Source: Octopus sinensis
Lineage: Eukaryota
Assembly (NCBI RefSeq): GCF_006345805.1
Contig: NC_042998.1
Coordinates: 113,708,001-113,772,000 of the forward strand
Length of the DNA: 64,000 nt
Direction of reading: 5' to 3'
Shown: in pieces, positions 39,446 through 54,255 of the stretch
Layout of the letters: every line of letters begins with the position of its first letter
How positions within the stretch are numbered: position 1 is the first letter of the stretch
The notes under the pieces: model-generated
What the model was told of the DNA's origin: nothing
Databases searched by the model: none
The model's input: the letters and a program-made list of their open reading frames with translations, nothing else
Program-made: the position numbers and the translations under genes

Positions 39446-40256
39446 TACGTCGTTCATTGGGAGGCCACAAAGAAAGTACCCATAGTCTTGTGAATGTAAA
39501 AGTAAGTCTGCTTTTTACATTCTACTGTATGTTCGACATTTTTGGGCAAAACCCGCTCGTTTTGGGGTAAATAATGCTGTTTTGTTCAAATGTTGCATGA
39601 TTATAGTTCTTCTACTTGAAATTGTGGGTAAAAGGGAAAATTTTTACTCTATTAAAATTTCTTTCGTGATTTTCATGTAGCAAAGCTTGTGTGTATAAGT
39701 CAGTATTGATTTCATTGTTGCTGTTTTGCCTGGTGATTTTCTAGGACTTTTTCCGACAATGCTATTCTGTAGAGAAGAAATTTCTGTTTACTAAAGGCAT
39801 GTATTTTGTTGCGAAATATTTCTCTGTGCGTTTTGTTTTTTGCAATTAAAGGCATTCATTTTAGTGAAAAGGCGTTCGTCTCTACGGCTCTTGATCTCAT
39901 GGGCGCTATTCGTCACCATGTTATACATGCGTGTACTCAAAACAAAGAAAAATGACATAAAATCTGAGAAGAGATGTCTTTCGTCTAGACTCTGTATGGG
40001 CAAAATCCCAAGTATTTTCCCGTGTAGTTTCTTTGGTAAATCCATAGCCTTTACGAACGATAAGAAAACAACCAGTGTAGTCTAGCAGTAAATAATGATG
40101 ATGATGATGATGATGATGATGATAATAATAATAATCGTCATGAGTCAATAAGAGCGGAATTTATTAAAGGGCTTTGTGTTATTTTTACAATTCAGGTGAA
40201 AGAGAAACAGGTTGTTGTTTTCATCACACACAGACACGACACATAGACACACACAC

Positions 40257-40309
<53 letters not shown>

Positions 40310-41149
40310 ACACACACACACAAACGTAAATAGCTAGCTAAGAAAATACATACAAATGTATTTGAAAAGCAGAGAGGGAATAGAATTGATATCTTCAGTC
40401 TCCGGTTTCAGTTTCCATCAGAATAAGTTATTTTGCTTTATTTTCATTTTTCTTCTTACGTTAATCTTCTGCATAGATTAAGAATTGTCAATCGGATTTT
40501 TTAGTTTGACTGCGTCATGCAACAACCAGTACCGACACAGTTACCAACAACATCAAAACAACAAGCACGGCAACCAGAGTAGCACCAGCTGCATCCATTT
40601 TCTCTAACATCTACACAAATCCTACATGGATTGTATTACTACAAACCTAAGTGTTTCAGTGGTTGTAGACAGCATTGACTATAATTCACAAGTGTCTCAT
40701 TTGTGTAGGATGTTTGTGAATTTTTTGTAATTGAGAAACTTTTCATAAGTGTAGACTGTAGAAACACTATATAATTCACGAGTGTTTCATTCGTGAATTA
40801 TACGGTAAGCCAACATGCGAGGGAGTGTGTATGCAATCCAGGTGTGTTTGACTGGTGTAGGCAGTAGCAGAAAATCTATATAATTTACGAGTATTTCATT
40901 ACTGCAGTGAGTAGACGAGGGAGTGTATAATTAATTTGTGTTTTATTAGTGTAGGCTCCAGTAGAAATATTGTATAATTCATGAGTGTCTCTCTGGTGCA
41001 GCCAACAGACGAGGGGTCTCACTGATGTAGTAGGATCAAATTAAATTTTGTAGTAGACGCCACCAATGCCAGAAGGATACAGTGTCACGATATGAAAAAA
41101 TACTCATATTTTCTGTTACTCAATTCCAAATTAACGGTTCCAAATTCAA

Positions 41150-41700
41150 CCGTCTTTTTTAACAGCAAAAAACACTCAAGCACTACTCATATCAAGGAAA
41201 CACCCCTCCACACAAGTTTTAAACATGATTAATACTCAGCTAGTACCCCCACAAGCGCTCCAATTGTTGCGTGTTACTATCACCGAGCATCTCTCCTTGT
41301 GAAGGTGAATCCTTACCATATCTAGGACCGTATCTCAATGACTAGCACGTCTCTCAATGCTCCGAAAACATTTCAACTTCGAACCGCTGCTAACACACTA
41401 CAAGATACATGTGAGTCTACAATGGAATACGGTTTCCACATTTAGGACGATGCAGCTACTATGCAAACTGATATTCTGCATCATATCCAGAGTAGGGCCG
41501 CTCAGCTGATTGGCACTCGGGGCACTAACGGACACACAAGCGTTTGGCCTCCAGGCGCACTGTCTTCCTTTTATGACTTTCTTGTCATTGCCATAATGGC
41601 ATCAGCTTTTCGGGACTGGTTGGGCTTATACCTCTACCACTCGCTCACACCACCCTACTCATCTCTCCACCTCTTAGCTCCCTTGATGCGTGCAATAAAC
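41150..41700 (+). mobile_element. Degenerate CR1/Jockey-group LINE, RT C-terminal part
   Basis: (FN)SKKTQALLISRK...LQLLRVTITEHLS...; STMEYGFHI*DDAATMQTDILHHIQSRAAQLIG, resembling RPxMEYCSHxW...LDRIQRRAxRLI. Confidence 0.7.
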
Positions 41701-43696
41701 CTTAAGAGATTCAGGGACACATACACATGCGCGTGTGTAGCTTTTGTTGGATATTTGCTATTATTATTATTGCTAATATTATTGATATTATAACATTATC
41801 ACTATATTTTTTATCGTTTTTGTTCCTGCCTCTTTTACTATTGTTACCACTACTATCATTATGCACACATTATTTTTCGCTCGATCTCGACCATCAGTGT
41901 GGTGTAAAGTGTCTTTTTTCCAAGTGAGACATGTTCGAAGAAATGACTGCTCGCCGTGGAAACTTCAGAGTAATTGGCCTTTGGACTTAAATAAACAATT
42001 ACTCTATACGTTTATATAGAGTACTCCTTCTCCAAATCGTTACCTAAAAAAATACATACATACATGCATCATATATCTTACTTATTAGAGCCGAACATTC
42101 TTCACAGACAGTTACTCAGAGCTTCATATTACCGTTCGCCGGACACGTAACTGTCCGATAAACGATAACGTGAAACTCTGAGTAATAGATAGAGGAGATT
42201 TTTTTCGACTTTAATAAATAGTATATTACTCTATCTTTGTAATCGAGTTCTATTTTTCCATCTTGTTTTGCATTCATGTACTTATTTGTGTGTGTGTGTG
42301 TGTATACATGCATACACACATACAAATATATGTATGTAATTGTGTGTGTGTATATATATATATACATACATATATATACACACACGCATACACCTATATA
42401 AACATACGCGCACGCACACACACACACACACACATACACACGCACACATATATTCTTTGTTTACGTCTTGTTGATGTTGATTTTGTCAGTGTTGTTGCGA
42501 ATGTTGTGAATGGGCAACAACTGTCTTGGATTGCGTTCCGTGCTTAAAAGACTTAATAATCCTCGACGTTAAAGATCAATACAGATGAATAATGGCTAAA
42601 GGTTAGCCAGATTGCAGCTATCCACTTCCTTTAATCTGTAACATATAGCCTCAGATAAACTTGCCTGTTTCCAGAGTGCTTCGTTCCAAAGGATTAATTA
42701 GCTTTATCCGATAGATTTCAAATTATGAAAAAAAAAAGACAAAGAAAACACGTGCACAGTCATAAACACATATTCGCATACACACGTATACGCACATGAA
42801 CACATACACATATACGCATACATATGCGTAACATTAGTTTAACTGAACGAACAGCAAACAAAGAGGATGAGAGGGATAGGATTACGATAAACACACTACT
42901 ACACATGTACACAAACGCACGTGCGTTCATATAAGAATGACGATAAAGTTAGATATTTCGTTTCGTAACTATGTTGGTAGGTGTTCATTTCTACTGTGTA
43001 GTACCTTGGGGTAGCACCTTCTGCAGTAACCTCAACTTCACCAGTATATTCACGAGTGCGATTTGTTTACTGGAAACTATATAGAACCCCTGCGTATGTA
43101 CCTGCGAGTGTATGCATGTATATAACGGCATGTATGTAGAATCCTTTCCATGTTTCATGCAACAGTAGATAAAAAACTACAACAACTCAGTTTTGAGACA
43201 AAATAGTGAAGTTGAAGTTCGGCAAAAAATGATGTAATTTCATCATCATTTGATTGCTATTTCTTGCGGTTCGTTTGTCTGTGGAGGTTACCAGGTTGGT
43301 TCTTTATGGCTACATTTAAATGTTAATTTCTGTGTAAGCACATGCATACAAATGTACACACACACACACACACACACACATTGGTACATTGACTTACATC
43401 GAATGAATAACTAATGTAGAGGATATGGTTATTTATATTGAAGCTAAAACAGAGGTGTCTCGCGACTCAAGTTTCACGCCTCTGCGATCTTCAGGTCAGA
43501 ACTGTCACAACTCGATTCTGTTGGTGTGCGTGTATCTCTTGTATGTTTGTTTGTGTGTGTGTGTGCGTGTGCGTGTGCGTGCGTGTGTGAGTGTGGTTAG
43601 TATGTGGTCAAGCATTCTAGTACTTCTGCTTGTTCATTGGTTGGCTTTTCATGTTATTGGTTAGCGGTATTTTGTTTAATGTATACGCATGTATAT

Positions 43697-43796
<100 letters not shown>

Positions 43797-43800
43797 ATAT

Positions 43801-43848
<48 letters not shown>

Positions 43849-43946
43849 CGCTCACACACATATACATATATACATGCCTATATGTGTATATATATGCTAT
43901 ACGTTATAAATATGTACTTATATATGTTTGTTTGTATGTGTGTGTC

Positions 43947-44040
<94 letters not shown>

Positions 44041-44044
<4 letters not shown>

Positions 44045-44335
44045 CTTGTGTCTCCGAGAATCTAATTCATGTTATAACTTGTTCAGGTTGTGGACATAAC
44101 TATATAGGACAGACGTATATGGCACTTAGACCGAGAACCATTCTACATAAGAAACAGATCTGTTTACCACAGTACAGACAGATTCATTTGAGTGGACACA
44201 TAGAGAGATATGCAGGTAATATCCAACTAAACTTCATAGTTTTCCCCATTTACCAGTGAAAAGAAACAATTTCTGTACAAGAATATTTAATAAAAAAAAA
44301 AATTATTTATCGAAAAATACACCCCAAAATATCCA
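44041..44335 (+). mobile_element. Penelope-like element, GIY-YIG endonuclease domain
   Basis: [72 protein letters not shown] (TGA at 44257), with the PLE-type NLIY..CxxC..YIGQT..R..H pattern. Confidence 0.85.
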
Positions 44336-44671
44336 ATACTTTGACGCACCAATTTTCACTGGATTTTCGCAGTAGACATATAAATAAATAGATAGATATT
44401 GGATATAATATTACATATATTGGTACAGCTATACAAAAATTCCTTTAAATAGCGTACACTCTCTATTAACACGTTTATCGATATTCGCACCGAATACATT
44501 TAGTTATGTCTTGAATTTACTCTAGTAAGTATACATACATACATATATATACATATAATTATATTATTATATAATTATTATATGATTATATATTAGTATA
44601 AATTGCTACCTGTATGGTTTGATTACACGCTGGCCGCTTGATAAAATCATTAGAATGGTTTTATCCTTAAA

Positions 44672-44833
44672 GGCGCAGGAGTGGCTGTGTGGTAAGAAGC
44701 TTTCATCCCAACCACATGATTCCGAATTCAGTCCCACTGCGTGGAAACTTGGGCAAGTGTCTTCTGCTATAGTCCCGGGCCGACCAAAGCCTTGTAAGTG
44801 GATTTGGTAGATGAAAACTGAAAGAAGCCTGTC

Positions 44834-44835
<2 letters not shown>
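44672..44835 (+). mobile_element. SINE family A, 5' half
   Basis: GGCGCAGGAGTGGCTGTGTGGTAAG...ACTTGGGCAAGTGTCTTC...GAAAGAAGCCTGTCG, then (TA)n. Confidence 0.85.
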
Positions 44836-44882
<47 letters not shown>

Positions 44883-45070
44883 TATCTAGATCTAGCGTGT
44901 TGAACCGATTAATCCCCTTCTCTTTAATATAATTATGTATATGTTACGAATTTAGTATATAATATTACCTACAGGGTTTTCATTTCACGCTGACCACTTG
45001 ATAAAATCATTGAAGTGATGTTGTCCTGAACTCTATAAAGAATAAATCGCCCCCACTCCCTCTCTCTTTC

Positions 45071-45102
<32 letters not shown>

Positions 45103-45118
45103 TGTATGTATGTATATA

Positions 45119-45193
<75 letters not shown>

Positions 45194-45194
45194 C

Positions 45195-45230
<36 letters not shown>

Positions 45231-45274
45231 TATATATACATATATATATACATATATATATATACATATATATA

Positions 45275-45319
<45 letters not shown>

Positions 45320-45787
45320 CATAAGAGAATCTATTATTTGATAGTTATATGCTACGCAAACAATGAACTTTCAAGCAAGTTCTATATACATTCAGACAGG
45401 TTCATTCTATAGCATAGCTATCATGTTCATTGGTTAGGCTAACCACAAGGTTAGCTTTGTGTCCATCGGTTGGTCGTTTTGGCTGTCAGCCGCGTTGTTC
45501 TAGCTGATTTTTATTCGATTCTCAGGCATGCTCGTTACCAATTTTCTGTTTATTATCGTGTTTTCTTTTAATTTTTATTGACTGTTTTACTCCAGTATAT
45601 CGTTTCTCTGAAATGCTGTTGAATATCGTTACTCTTTCTCGTGTCGCTGTGTATTATTACCATTTTTCGATTGGTTATTATTGTGCTGTCTTTTTTATTG
45701 GCGAATTCAACGAGTTGACAAACTAATTGAAGAATTAATTGGTCAATTAAATGACTGAATTACTAGTGTATTCCCCGTTGAAAGAAC

Positions 45788-46183
45788 GGTAAGTAGCTTG
45801 CTTACCAACCACATGGTTCCAGGTTGAGTCCCACTGTGTGTCACCTTGGGCAAGTGTATTCTACTATAGTCTCGGGCCGACCAAAGCCTTGTGAGTGGAT
45901 TTGGTTGACGGAAACTGAAGGAAGCCCGTCGTATATATGTATATATATATGTATATGTGTGTATATGTTTGTGTGTCTGTGTTGGTCCCCCCACCATCGC
46001 TTCACAACCAATGGTGGTGTGTTTACGTCCCCCGTAACTTAGTAGTTCGGCAAAAGAGACCGATAGAATAAGTACTAGGCTTACAAAGAATAATTCCTGG
46101 GGTCGATTTGCTCGACTTAAGGCGGTGCTCCAGTTTGGCCGCAGTCAAATAACTTAAACAATTAAAAGAGTAAAAGAGTAAAG
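45788..46183 (+). mobile_element. SINE family A, near full length
   Basis: Matches the 20030-20440 copy along its length, including the (AAAGAGT)n tail. Confidence 0.9.
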
Positions 46184-47399
46184 ACTTACCCAACAGATTA
46201 ATAACCTTGAAATTTATCATCGCATGTCCTTAAATGCTTACGTGTCTTTCTATATGGTATGTTGTAAAAAGCAGAGTTACATAGATCCAATTTCGGCACA
46301 CTGCATAAGTTGAATCTGTTTCCTTTCGCTGTGCCTCAACTTTTTCGATAATGTCCCATTTTATAATCGTCATATTGATTCATTCATGAAACATTCATAC
46401 ATACTGTGATAGTGTGCACAGTATATTGTGTTTCTGGTTTTGAAAAGATTTATGTGCTGTGTATATCATGCTTTGAAGGCATTTTCTGTTAACCTCTTGC
46501 TTGCACATGTACTACGTACGAACGTACATAATACGTACATACATACATACATACATACATACATACATACATACATACATACATAGTACATACATACATA
46601 CATACATACATACATACGTACATATATACATACATACATACATACATACATACATACATACATACACAGACGTGCACATTTTCTTGTCATTTCGATATGA
46701 TCAGTATTTATCATTGTAGATTTATATATTAGCACGTTCGGTAGGTATTTCGATGAAGATAGAGTAAATGCACAAGTGTAGCTGGATTCTAAGACGTTTC
46801 TATTATTCTGTGGGACTGGTCTGTTATTAGAAATTTTATGCCTATAAGATCATAGGTACCAGCTCATTTCCCTCGACTTGCATATAAAAAAAAAGAGGCA
46901 TCCCATTGTAGTTATATATATATTACAATTCTCCACTAGAAATATTGCAGAATTGTTGATTTTACGATTATTTACGTTAGCTACAGTCATGTAAACCCTA
47001 TCTGCAGTTGACCCTACAGTTAATCATGATAGAAAAAGAGCAGACAGATCTCTTGTTCCTTAAAAGGAAAGAAACTGGAACGATATTGGCAACATAGTTG
47101 ATGCTGCTGCTGTTCAGCTCAAATTTAGTAGTTACTGAGCAGACCAATAACTAAAGGATTCAAGTCATATCTTCCCGCCTTTTTATATACCTGGAACTAC
47201 ATTAGGTAATGGGTATTTCTTTCTGTTACAATGAGAAGGTGATATTTGAAAGAAGATTCAGCTGCAATCTGTTACAAGTAAAGCGACCTCATAAAAGGCT
47301 CCTTCATTGGCTGGACGGACGTTAACAAACTGAAATTCAGTGGCAGGAGAAATGATTAATAAAATATTAAATATATTTGTATACTCGTACATCTGAAGA

Positions 47400-47600
47400 C
47401 GGTGAGCAGGTGGACTCGTTAGTAGGTCGGCGGATGTCTTAGTTCCGAGTTTGAATTCCGCCGTGAAATATTTTGTCTTTCATTTTTTCATGGCCAATAA
47501 AATAAAGTACCAATCAAGAAAGAATTAGAATCGATGTAATCGACTGCCCCTCCCCTCAAAATTGCTGGCTCGTGCCATTATTAGAAAGAATAATTGCATT
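47400..47600 (+). mobile_element. SINE family B, degenerate
   Basis: GAGTTTGAATTCCG, AAATAAAGTACC, TCGATGTAATCGACT, AAATTGCTGG. Confidence 0.6.
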
Positions 47601-47677
47601 TGTAACAGATAAATTGCTTCACAAATTATCCAAGACATCCAACTTTCAAATTGAAATTAAAATCAAATTAGGTAGCT

Positions 47678-47680
<3 letters not shown>

Positions 47681-47762
<82 letters not shown>
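47681..47762. repeat. (GA)n microsatellite
   Basis: Direct reading. Confidence 0.95.
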
Positions 47763-47768
<6 letters not shown>

Positions 47769-49592
47769 AGTTATATATTTAAGTTAGTTATTCACTCTAA
47801 GAAATACTAACTAGCCATGAATAAAATACCGAGTAGCGTGAACAAATTTTATTTCACAGTTTAAACACACAGGTGCAAGGACAACGCTCATAGCTCTTTT
47901 CTGGACATTCGAAAGTTGTCTGAGGAGACTAAAAAGTTATTGGTAAGACTGGAACCATCTTCCGAATGTTTGCAACAGGACTCGGTTAAATGCACTCAAG
48001 AGCCTGATGAAGATGTTATTAGTGATTAAGTCTATCATCAAAGAACACAAAATTTCTCTCGTGTTTTGAATAATTTTCTCTACGAAAGTTCACTCAAAAA
48101 AAAAAAAAAAGCCGTGGTCAATATATTCCGCACAATAGGACCGAACTCAAAATCACGCAGTTTTCAAGCGAAATTATTAAGCACCCGGTCATCAGCCATG
48201 ATTGCTTCAAAGTGTCTTTTGGATTAAACACATGAAACTATAGCTTGGTTAATCTCCGATTATGGAAGAGATTTAGAGGATTTATCTTTCTCTTTTCCCC
48301 TTTTTCTCCGTTTCCTTCCTCCTTCTACTCATCCTTTCTTTTCTTTCTCTTTTCTTTTTATCTTTCTTTTGCAGACGCATACATAATCGTATACGCACAA
48401 ACGGCATGTGAAACAAACATACAATTTCATATGCATGAATGTATATGCACGCAAACACATACACACATCATCACACATACATACACTCTCACATGAATAT
48501 ATCCATGCGCACTCCCATACGCACGTACACTGAAGTAAACGCACATAATCCCAATCATACATTGATACGCACATGCACATTCGTAGGCACACACACACAC
48601 ACAAACACACACATAGACACGCACACACACACAATCTAGTATACAAACATGCGCACACATGCGATTAAAATTGCAATCACACATATATACACACGTACAC
48701 GCAGACATTCGAACATACATATATACGTACATACCATTCACAAACACATACACAAATGCACAAACGAACGTAAAATAGGTAGTAGCTATCGACCTGGAAG
48801 AAATAGCAGCCACACATTACTCTAATCATACCCATATATATGTATATATATAAATATAAATATTCATCTACTCATTTATCTATTTATTTATGTAAAATAC
48901 CACGTATTATAAGACCTATGGTAAATTTACAGTAGTTAAGCTACAGTTTCTAAACCTTTCATTTTGAAACTTTTGGAAATTTAAGTAGATGTAAATACAT
49001 TTTGTTATTCTTTCTGAAATAAAGACGATGATTCTGACGTTTCACGATTTGATGGTCACTGAACAGAGGACAAGCACGCCTAATATTTTTATCGAGAAAG
49101 AGAACTTATAGTAAGTAGCAACTTAAACAAACAAGAAGTCAGTTGTAATGACTAGACTAATTGACAGACCATAACTGAAGGTAATAATCTAGAACACAAT
49201 CATGGTCCTTGTTATGAGGTTCTACAATTCTAAAGGATTACAAAATCATTACTGACGTTAGCTGCACATTTTCACCATGCACAATAGATTATTATTCATT
49301 TTGTTCCTCAGGTCACATACTATTCGGGTCTCTGTGAACGCAATTTCTCCTGTTCCTGTTATCCTCGTAACAATGGGACAGAGGGCTGATATAGAAAATG
49401 CTTGGAAATTTTTGGCATCAAGTTGTGTGTTGTTTTCTTGGGTCAACTTGCATTTTGCATTGAGGTCTTTCTAGAGGATTTTGTCATCATCAGAGCTCTG
49501 AGTTGCCTTCAATATTTTCGAATCGTTTCATGAGGCAATGAGTGTGGATGTTTGTATAACTGAAAGTCTGTTTGAGAGAGAAAGAGGAAGAG

Positions 49593-49646
<54 letters not shown>

Positions 49647-50715
49647 ATTGGAACAATAAAAGCTGTATGATAGTTCACTGAGGTGCTCCTCTTACAGTTA
49701 TTATATCATTTGTAAAAGCAACTTTGACTAACAGGTTGATTTTTCTCGCCTAAACGGTCGTACTAGCTAGGTTTTCCAAACAGCGTCGAGATTAAAGGGT
49801 GACATAGGATTGACTAGTAAACTTCGTCGAAGGCCTTCGCAAAATCTAAACATAACAAATCTACATCTGTTTAGCTGAGCAGCTGTTCATGATCCAGTTT
49901 TGATACTTCCTAGAAGGTTTTTCAGGAAAAGTTTAGCATTTCAGAAACTTTGCTAAGTGACACTTAGCAAGTCATCTTCCCCTGAAATCGAGGTCAGATT
50001 CCTTTTGGTAATTCGTTCCCTAACATTGCTTACATGTATATGTGACGTTAGAGAGATGAGCCTTTGGGTTTTAGCTACTGCTCTATTTCATTCTTTATCG
50101 ATATGACACATAGTACTTTCAACATTGTTAGGAAGCTTACTACCTGCAAGAAAGCTTTCAAAAAATGCCTGAAATAATTTCGAAAATAAAACCAAAAGAA
50201 TATATATGTATAGAAATGTGTGCGTGCTTTACAAATGTACGTTATATTATATATTCAGCATATATACATTATGTACATTATATACACACTTTCCTATTCA
50301 GCTATCTGTGACTATGACCTATGTAATAAGCAATTGTGATATCACATGAAAATATGTCGAAATATGAAATATTACATAAGTATAAATTTTGTAACATTTA
50401 GATATTTTTTCCTTTCTCAAATGTTTATTTTAATTTGCTCGTTTCTTCCCAGAGCGAGCTTGAACCTACGACATTAAATTCTACTTGTCAGAGAAAAGCG
50501 AGAATATATTTTAAATTATGTTTGATTATCTCACTTTTGAACCTTTAAGTCGCATAATGACCCAACTGCGGGGGTTATTCAGTATTTTCTGCGTTCATAT
50601 TCGAATGAATGAAAAAAAAAGTACCCAATATATACACACACTCATATAAATATGTGTGTGCGCGTGAGCACACATATATATATATATATTTATACATTAG
50701 CATATAGATATGTAA

Positions 50716-50768
<53 letters not shown>

Positions 50769-51248
50769 TATATATGCTACGCCGTCTTTATGCAGTTTCT
50801 TTTAATCAGCACGCCAAATATACATATATACGTATATATATTTATACTCATATGTGTGTGTTTTGTGTGAGTGCGTGTGGTCGTGTCGTGAATGGGTGTT
50901 TACGCATCATCGGACAAAGATGCTGTTAGCGGCGATGTGTCGGACACATTGTGGTATAATAGATCTGATGTAACAATTGAATAAGTATATGCATACATAA
51001 TGCGTGCGTATACGTGTGTATATGTACATGTATGTCAAGATGGAGGGTACACATTGATGTCATCAGTATCCTGTTAGTTATAGTATATAATGGATAATAT
51101 TGCATTTTGTGTAGATTCACATACGGACGCCCAATCACATGTACAAGCCGACTGATATACATCCTAAGGAATTCTGCATAGTAACTTATTATTTATGTAC
51201 ACATTCCCATTGCAGAGTCATGCTTTTAAAGATCTGTATATATATATA

Positions 51249-51280
<32 letters not shown>

Positions 51281-51377
51281 TTACACACAGACAGACATGT
51301 ATATATATATATATTAATATACACACACACACATATATATATATATTTATACATTAGCATATAGATATGTAAATGTG

Positions 51378-51431
<54 letters not shown>

Positions 51432-51443
51432 ATATATGTATAT

Positions 51444-51496
<53 letters not shown>

Positions 51497-51638
51497 TATA
51501 TACATAGACACACACACATGTGTGAGTGTGTATGTGTAAACATGCGCATACTAAATATTCTTTCAAGAAAACATTAAAAAAAACACATATTTTCATAATA
51601 TCTGTCTACGAATACATGCACGCAAACGTATATATGTT

Positions 51639-51679
<41 letters not shown>

Positions 51680-51741
51680 ATATGTATATATATGTATTTC
51701 TATACACATGTATATATATATATATATATATACATATATAC

Positions 51742-51775
<34 letters not shown>

Positions 51776-53391
51776 ATGTGTGTATTATATATGTCTATAC
51801 GTGCACACGTAAATTCAATCATACATAGCTATATTGATACAAGCATTTAAGTGTGCATGTGTAAGCCTCTGTCTATTTCTAAAAAGGCGTTGACCTTTGG
51901 ACAACAGCTGTTAAGCTTTCTTCTGTATTTATTCTTCGAAATGATAGACGCATCTCTACTCCAAAATGATGTTACTATACAATATAGGCTAACTAAGGAG
52001 ACCATTTCGAAACAAAACCGTTTCGAAATTCTTCATTCTACACAGTAACACTGAAAAGGTACTATGTGGGAAATTATTAGCTTTCATAAGCTGAATTGCG
52101 TGACTTATTAGAACGAGTAACTTGCTACTGCACCTAAAGGTGCAGTTAATATTGTTGCTATTTTTCTTCTGAAATGTCATTGGGTACGTTTGTTTGTATT
52201 ATGAATATTATTATTGTTTTCTTGTTTGCTGTTGTTGCTGTTCGGGTAGATGTTGTCATTGTTGTTGTTGCTGCTGTTAGTTGTCATCATCATCATCAAT
52301 ATGATTGTGTTATTGTTATCTTATCATTATTGTTATTATTATTAATATTATCATCTGCAGCATCATAATCTTCCACTACCACCTCATCATCATCATCATC
52401 ATCATAACTTTGTTGTTCTTTATTAAGACATTTTTTTTTACCTTTTCCAGCAGTTTTTGTAGTTTCCTCTGTAAGGAGAGTGATAAAGCGTGAATAGAAA
52501 ACAAAAGAAAATATGTAAACAACAAGAGCAACAGCAACAACAACTATCCCCCCTCCCCACCACCACCATCCACCACCACCACCACCACCACCACTAACAA
52601 CAACAACAACAACTGAGTCAACGATGGTACTTCTATATAGACGCCAGACTTTCTAGATATAGCAACAAAATCCCTTTCTAATCATATCCTACCCTCTTTA
52701 CAAAAAGAGGCGCATTTGATACTGTGATCTTATACAGAACATTTCTGAAAAAGAAAATCACGTGTTTGACACGGTGGGAAAGCGTTTCGGTCATATGTCT
52801 GCTTGATCAGATTTGACCTCGGCTTAAACATCGACAACGGCAGCAATAGTTACAGCAGCACGATCAGAAACAATAATAACAAAGAAATAACTTAGTTTAA
52901 TAGATCTGGACATACATTGAATATGGCCACTTCCATTGTATTGAGGTTTCACGGTAAAGCAGAACGTTTGGACAAATTATGCCATGCTCTGAAACAATAA
53001 CGAGAGTAAATTTTACGGAGACCCTTGTTGTAATTGTTCAAACTTAGATCTGTTCTGATCCCTCTTATTAATGATAACACCTCTTCCAGTGGTGATTATC
53101 CATGAAATATTCTCATATTTCATTTATTATTGTCTAATTTATTTTCTATTATCTAATATGGTAGGGTGATATTTGAGGGAAATCTGGCAATGGATCAGCA
53201 GAATCGTTCGAGAATCGTACAAAATGTCCGCGGTGTTTGTTTCAACCCCATATATTGCAAGTTCAAATACCGGTGAGGCCAACTTCACTTTTTACCGTCC
53301 GGAGTCGTTATATACAGTGCAAATCGAGTGTGGTTGACTGACAGAATTGTTAAAACTTCGAACAAGTTGCTGGCAATTTTCATTTCGCGTA

Positions 53392-53965
53392 AGGCAGCGA
53401 GCTGGCAGAATCATGAGCACGTTCATCATTACTTTCTGAGTTCAAATTCCGCCGAGGTCGATTTTTGCCATTCTTCTCTTCGGAGTGGATGAAATAAGTA
53501 TCAGACGAGTACTGGGGCCGATGTACTCGACTAGTCCCCTCCCCACCGAACTCGTTGGCCTTGTACCAAAATTTGAAATTAATATTTAGTTCGGGTCGCT
53601 TTGCTACGAGTTGGCTTGCGAAAACATTAGAGCCAAGATATAAGTCATATTGGCTCTTTTTTATTTCTTGAATAACATAGATGGAGGTTTACGCATTGGT
53701 TACTGCTTCCCTTCTGTAAAACATCTTGTCCAAGCCTGTACCTGCACTCTGGAGAGGCATTTTCTGTGTTCAGGCAAATGGTCAACCTTGACACATATAT
53801 GTTTTAATGTCTGGTGGCCATTCATTCCCCCGAGGTCAACTTTGCCTTTCATCCTTTCGGGGTCGATGAATTAAGTATCTGTTATGTCCGGGGGGTGGGG
53901 GCGATCTAATCGAAAGGCCCCCTTCCCAAAAATTTCGGGCCTTGTGCCTAGGGTAGAAAAGAATA
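53392..53965 (+). mobile_element. SINE family B cluster (53392-53587 and partial 53812-53965)
   Basis: GGCAGCGAGCTGGCAGAATC, GAGTTCAAATTCCGCCGAGGTCG, TTTGCCTTTCATCCTTTCGGGGTCGAT. Confidence 0.75.
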
Positions 53966-54097
53966 TCTGGTGGCTATATCAACCAGATCGAGTGACCGTA
54001 TAAGGTCTCTTTTCGTTGTTGTTGTTGTCATTGTTACAATATACGCATCATTTGGCTTGAATATTGAGGAAATCTAGTGAAAGGGAAAACGAAAAAT

Positions 54098-54255
54098 GCA
54101 ATTCGAACAGACTTTATTATTTTGGTCTTTCACAACGACATCTGGTTTATTACCTTTGATGGCCCGGTCTGTATGTACTAGAAAGACCCAAAGAATCGTT
54201 ACATTTTCTCCTCCAGTTACAGCCTCAGTGGGTGATGCTTGTATCATGTATCAAC
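54098..54255 (-). mobile_element. R4/Dong-clade RLE endonuclease fragment
   Basis: Reverse complement translates PTEAVTGGENVTILWVFLVHTDRAIKGNKPDVVVKDQNNKVCS (ILWD..TDR.I..NKPD.VV motif). Confidence 0.75.

Noticed and set aside
39500-40090. Possible degenerate Penelope RT fragment on the minus strand
   Set aside because: Only vague resemblance (NRVKIFPFTHNF) with many stops; cannot be supported without a profile search.
50684-51390. Duplicated ~50-bp string within TA/CA microsatellites (50684-50730, 51344-51390)
   Set aside because: Low-complexity local duplication or assembly slippage; no sign of function.
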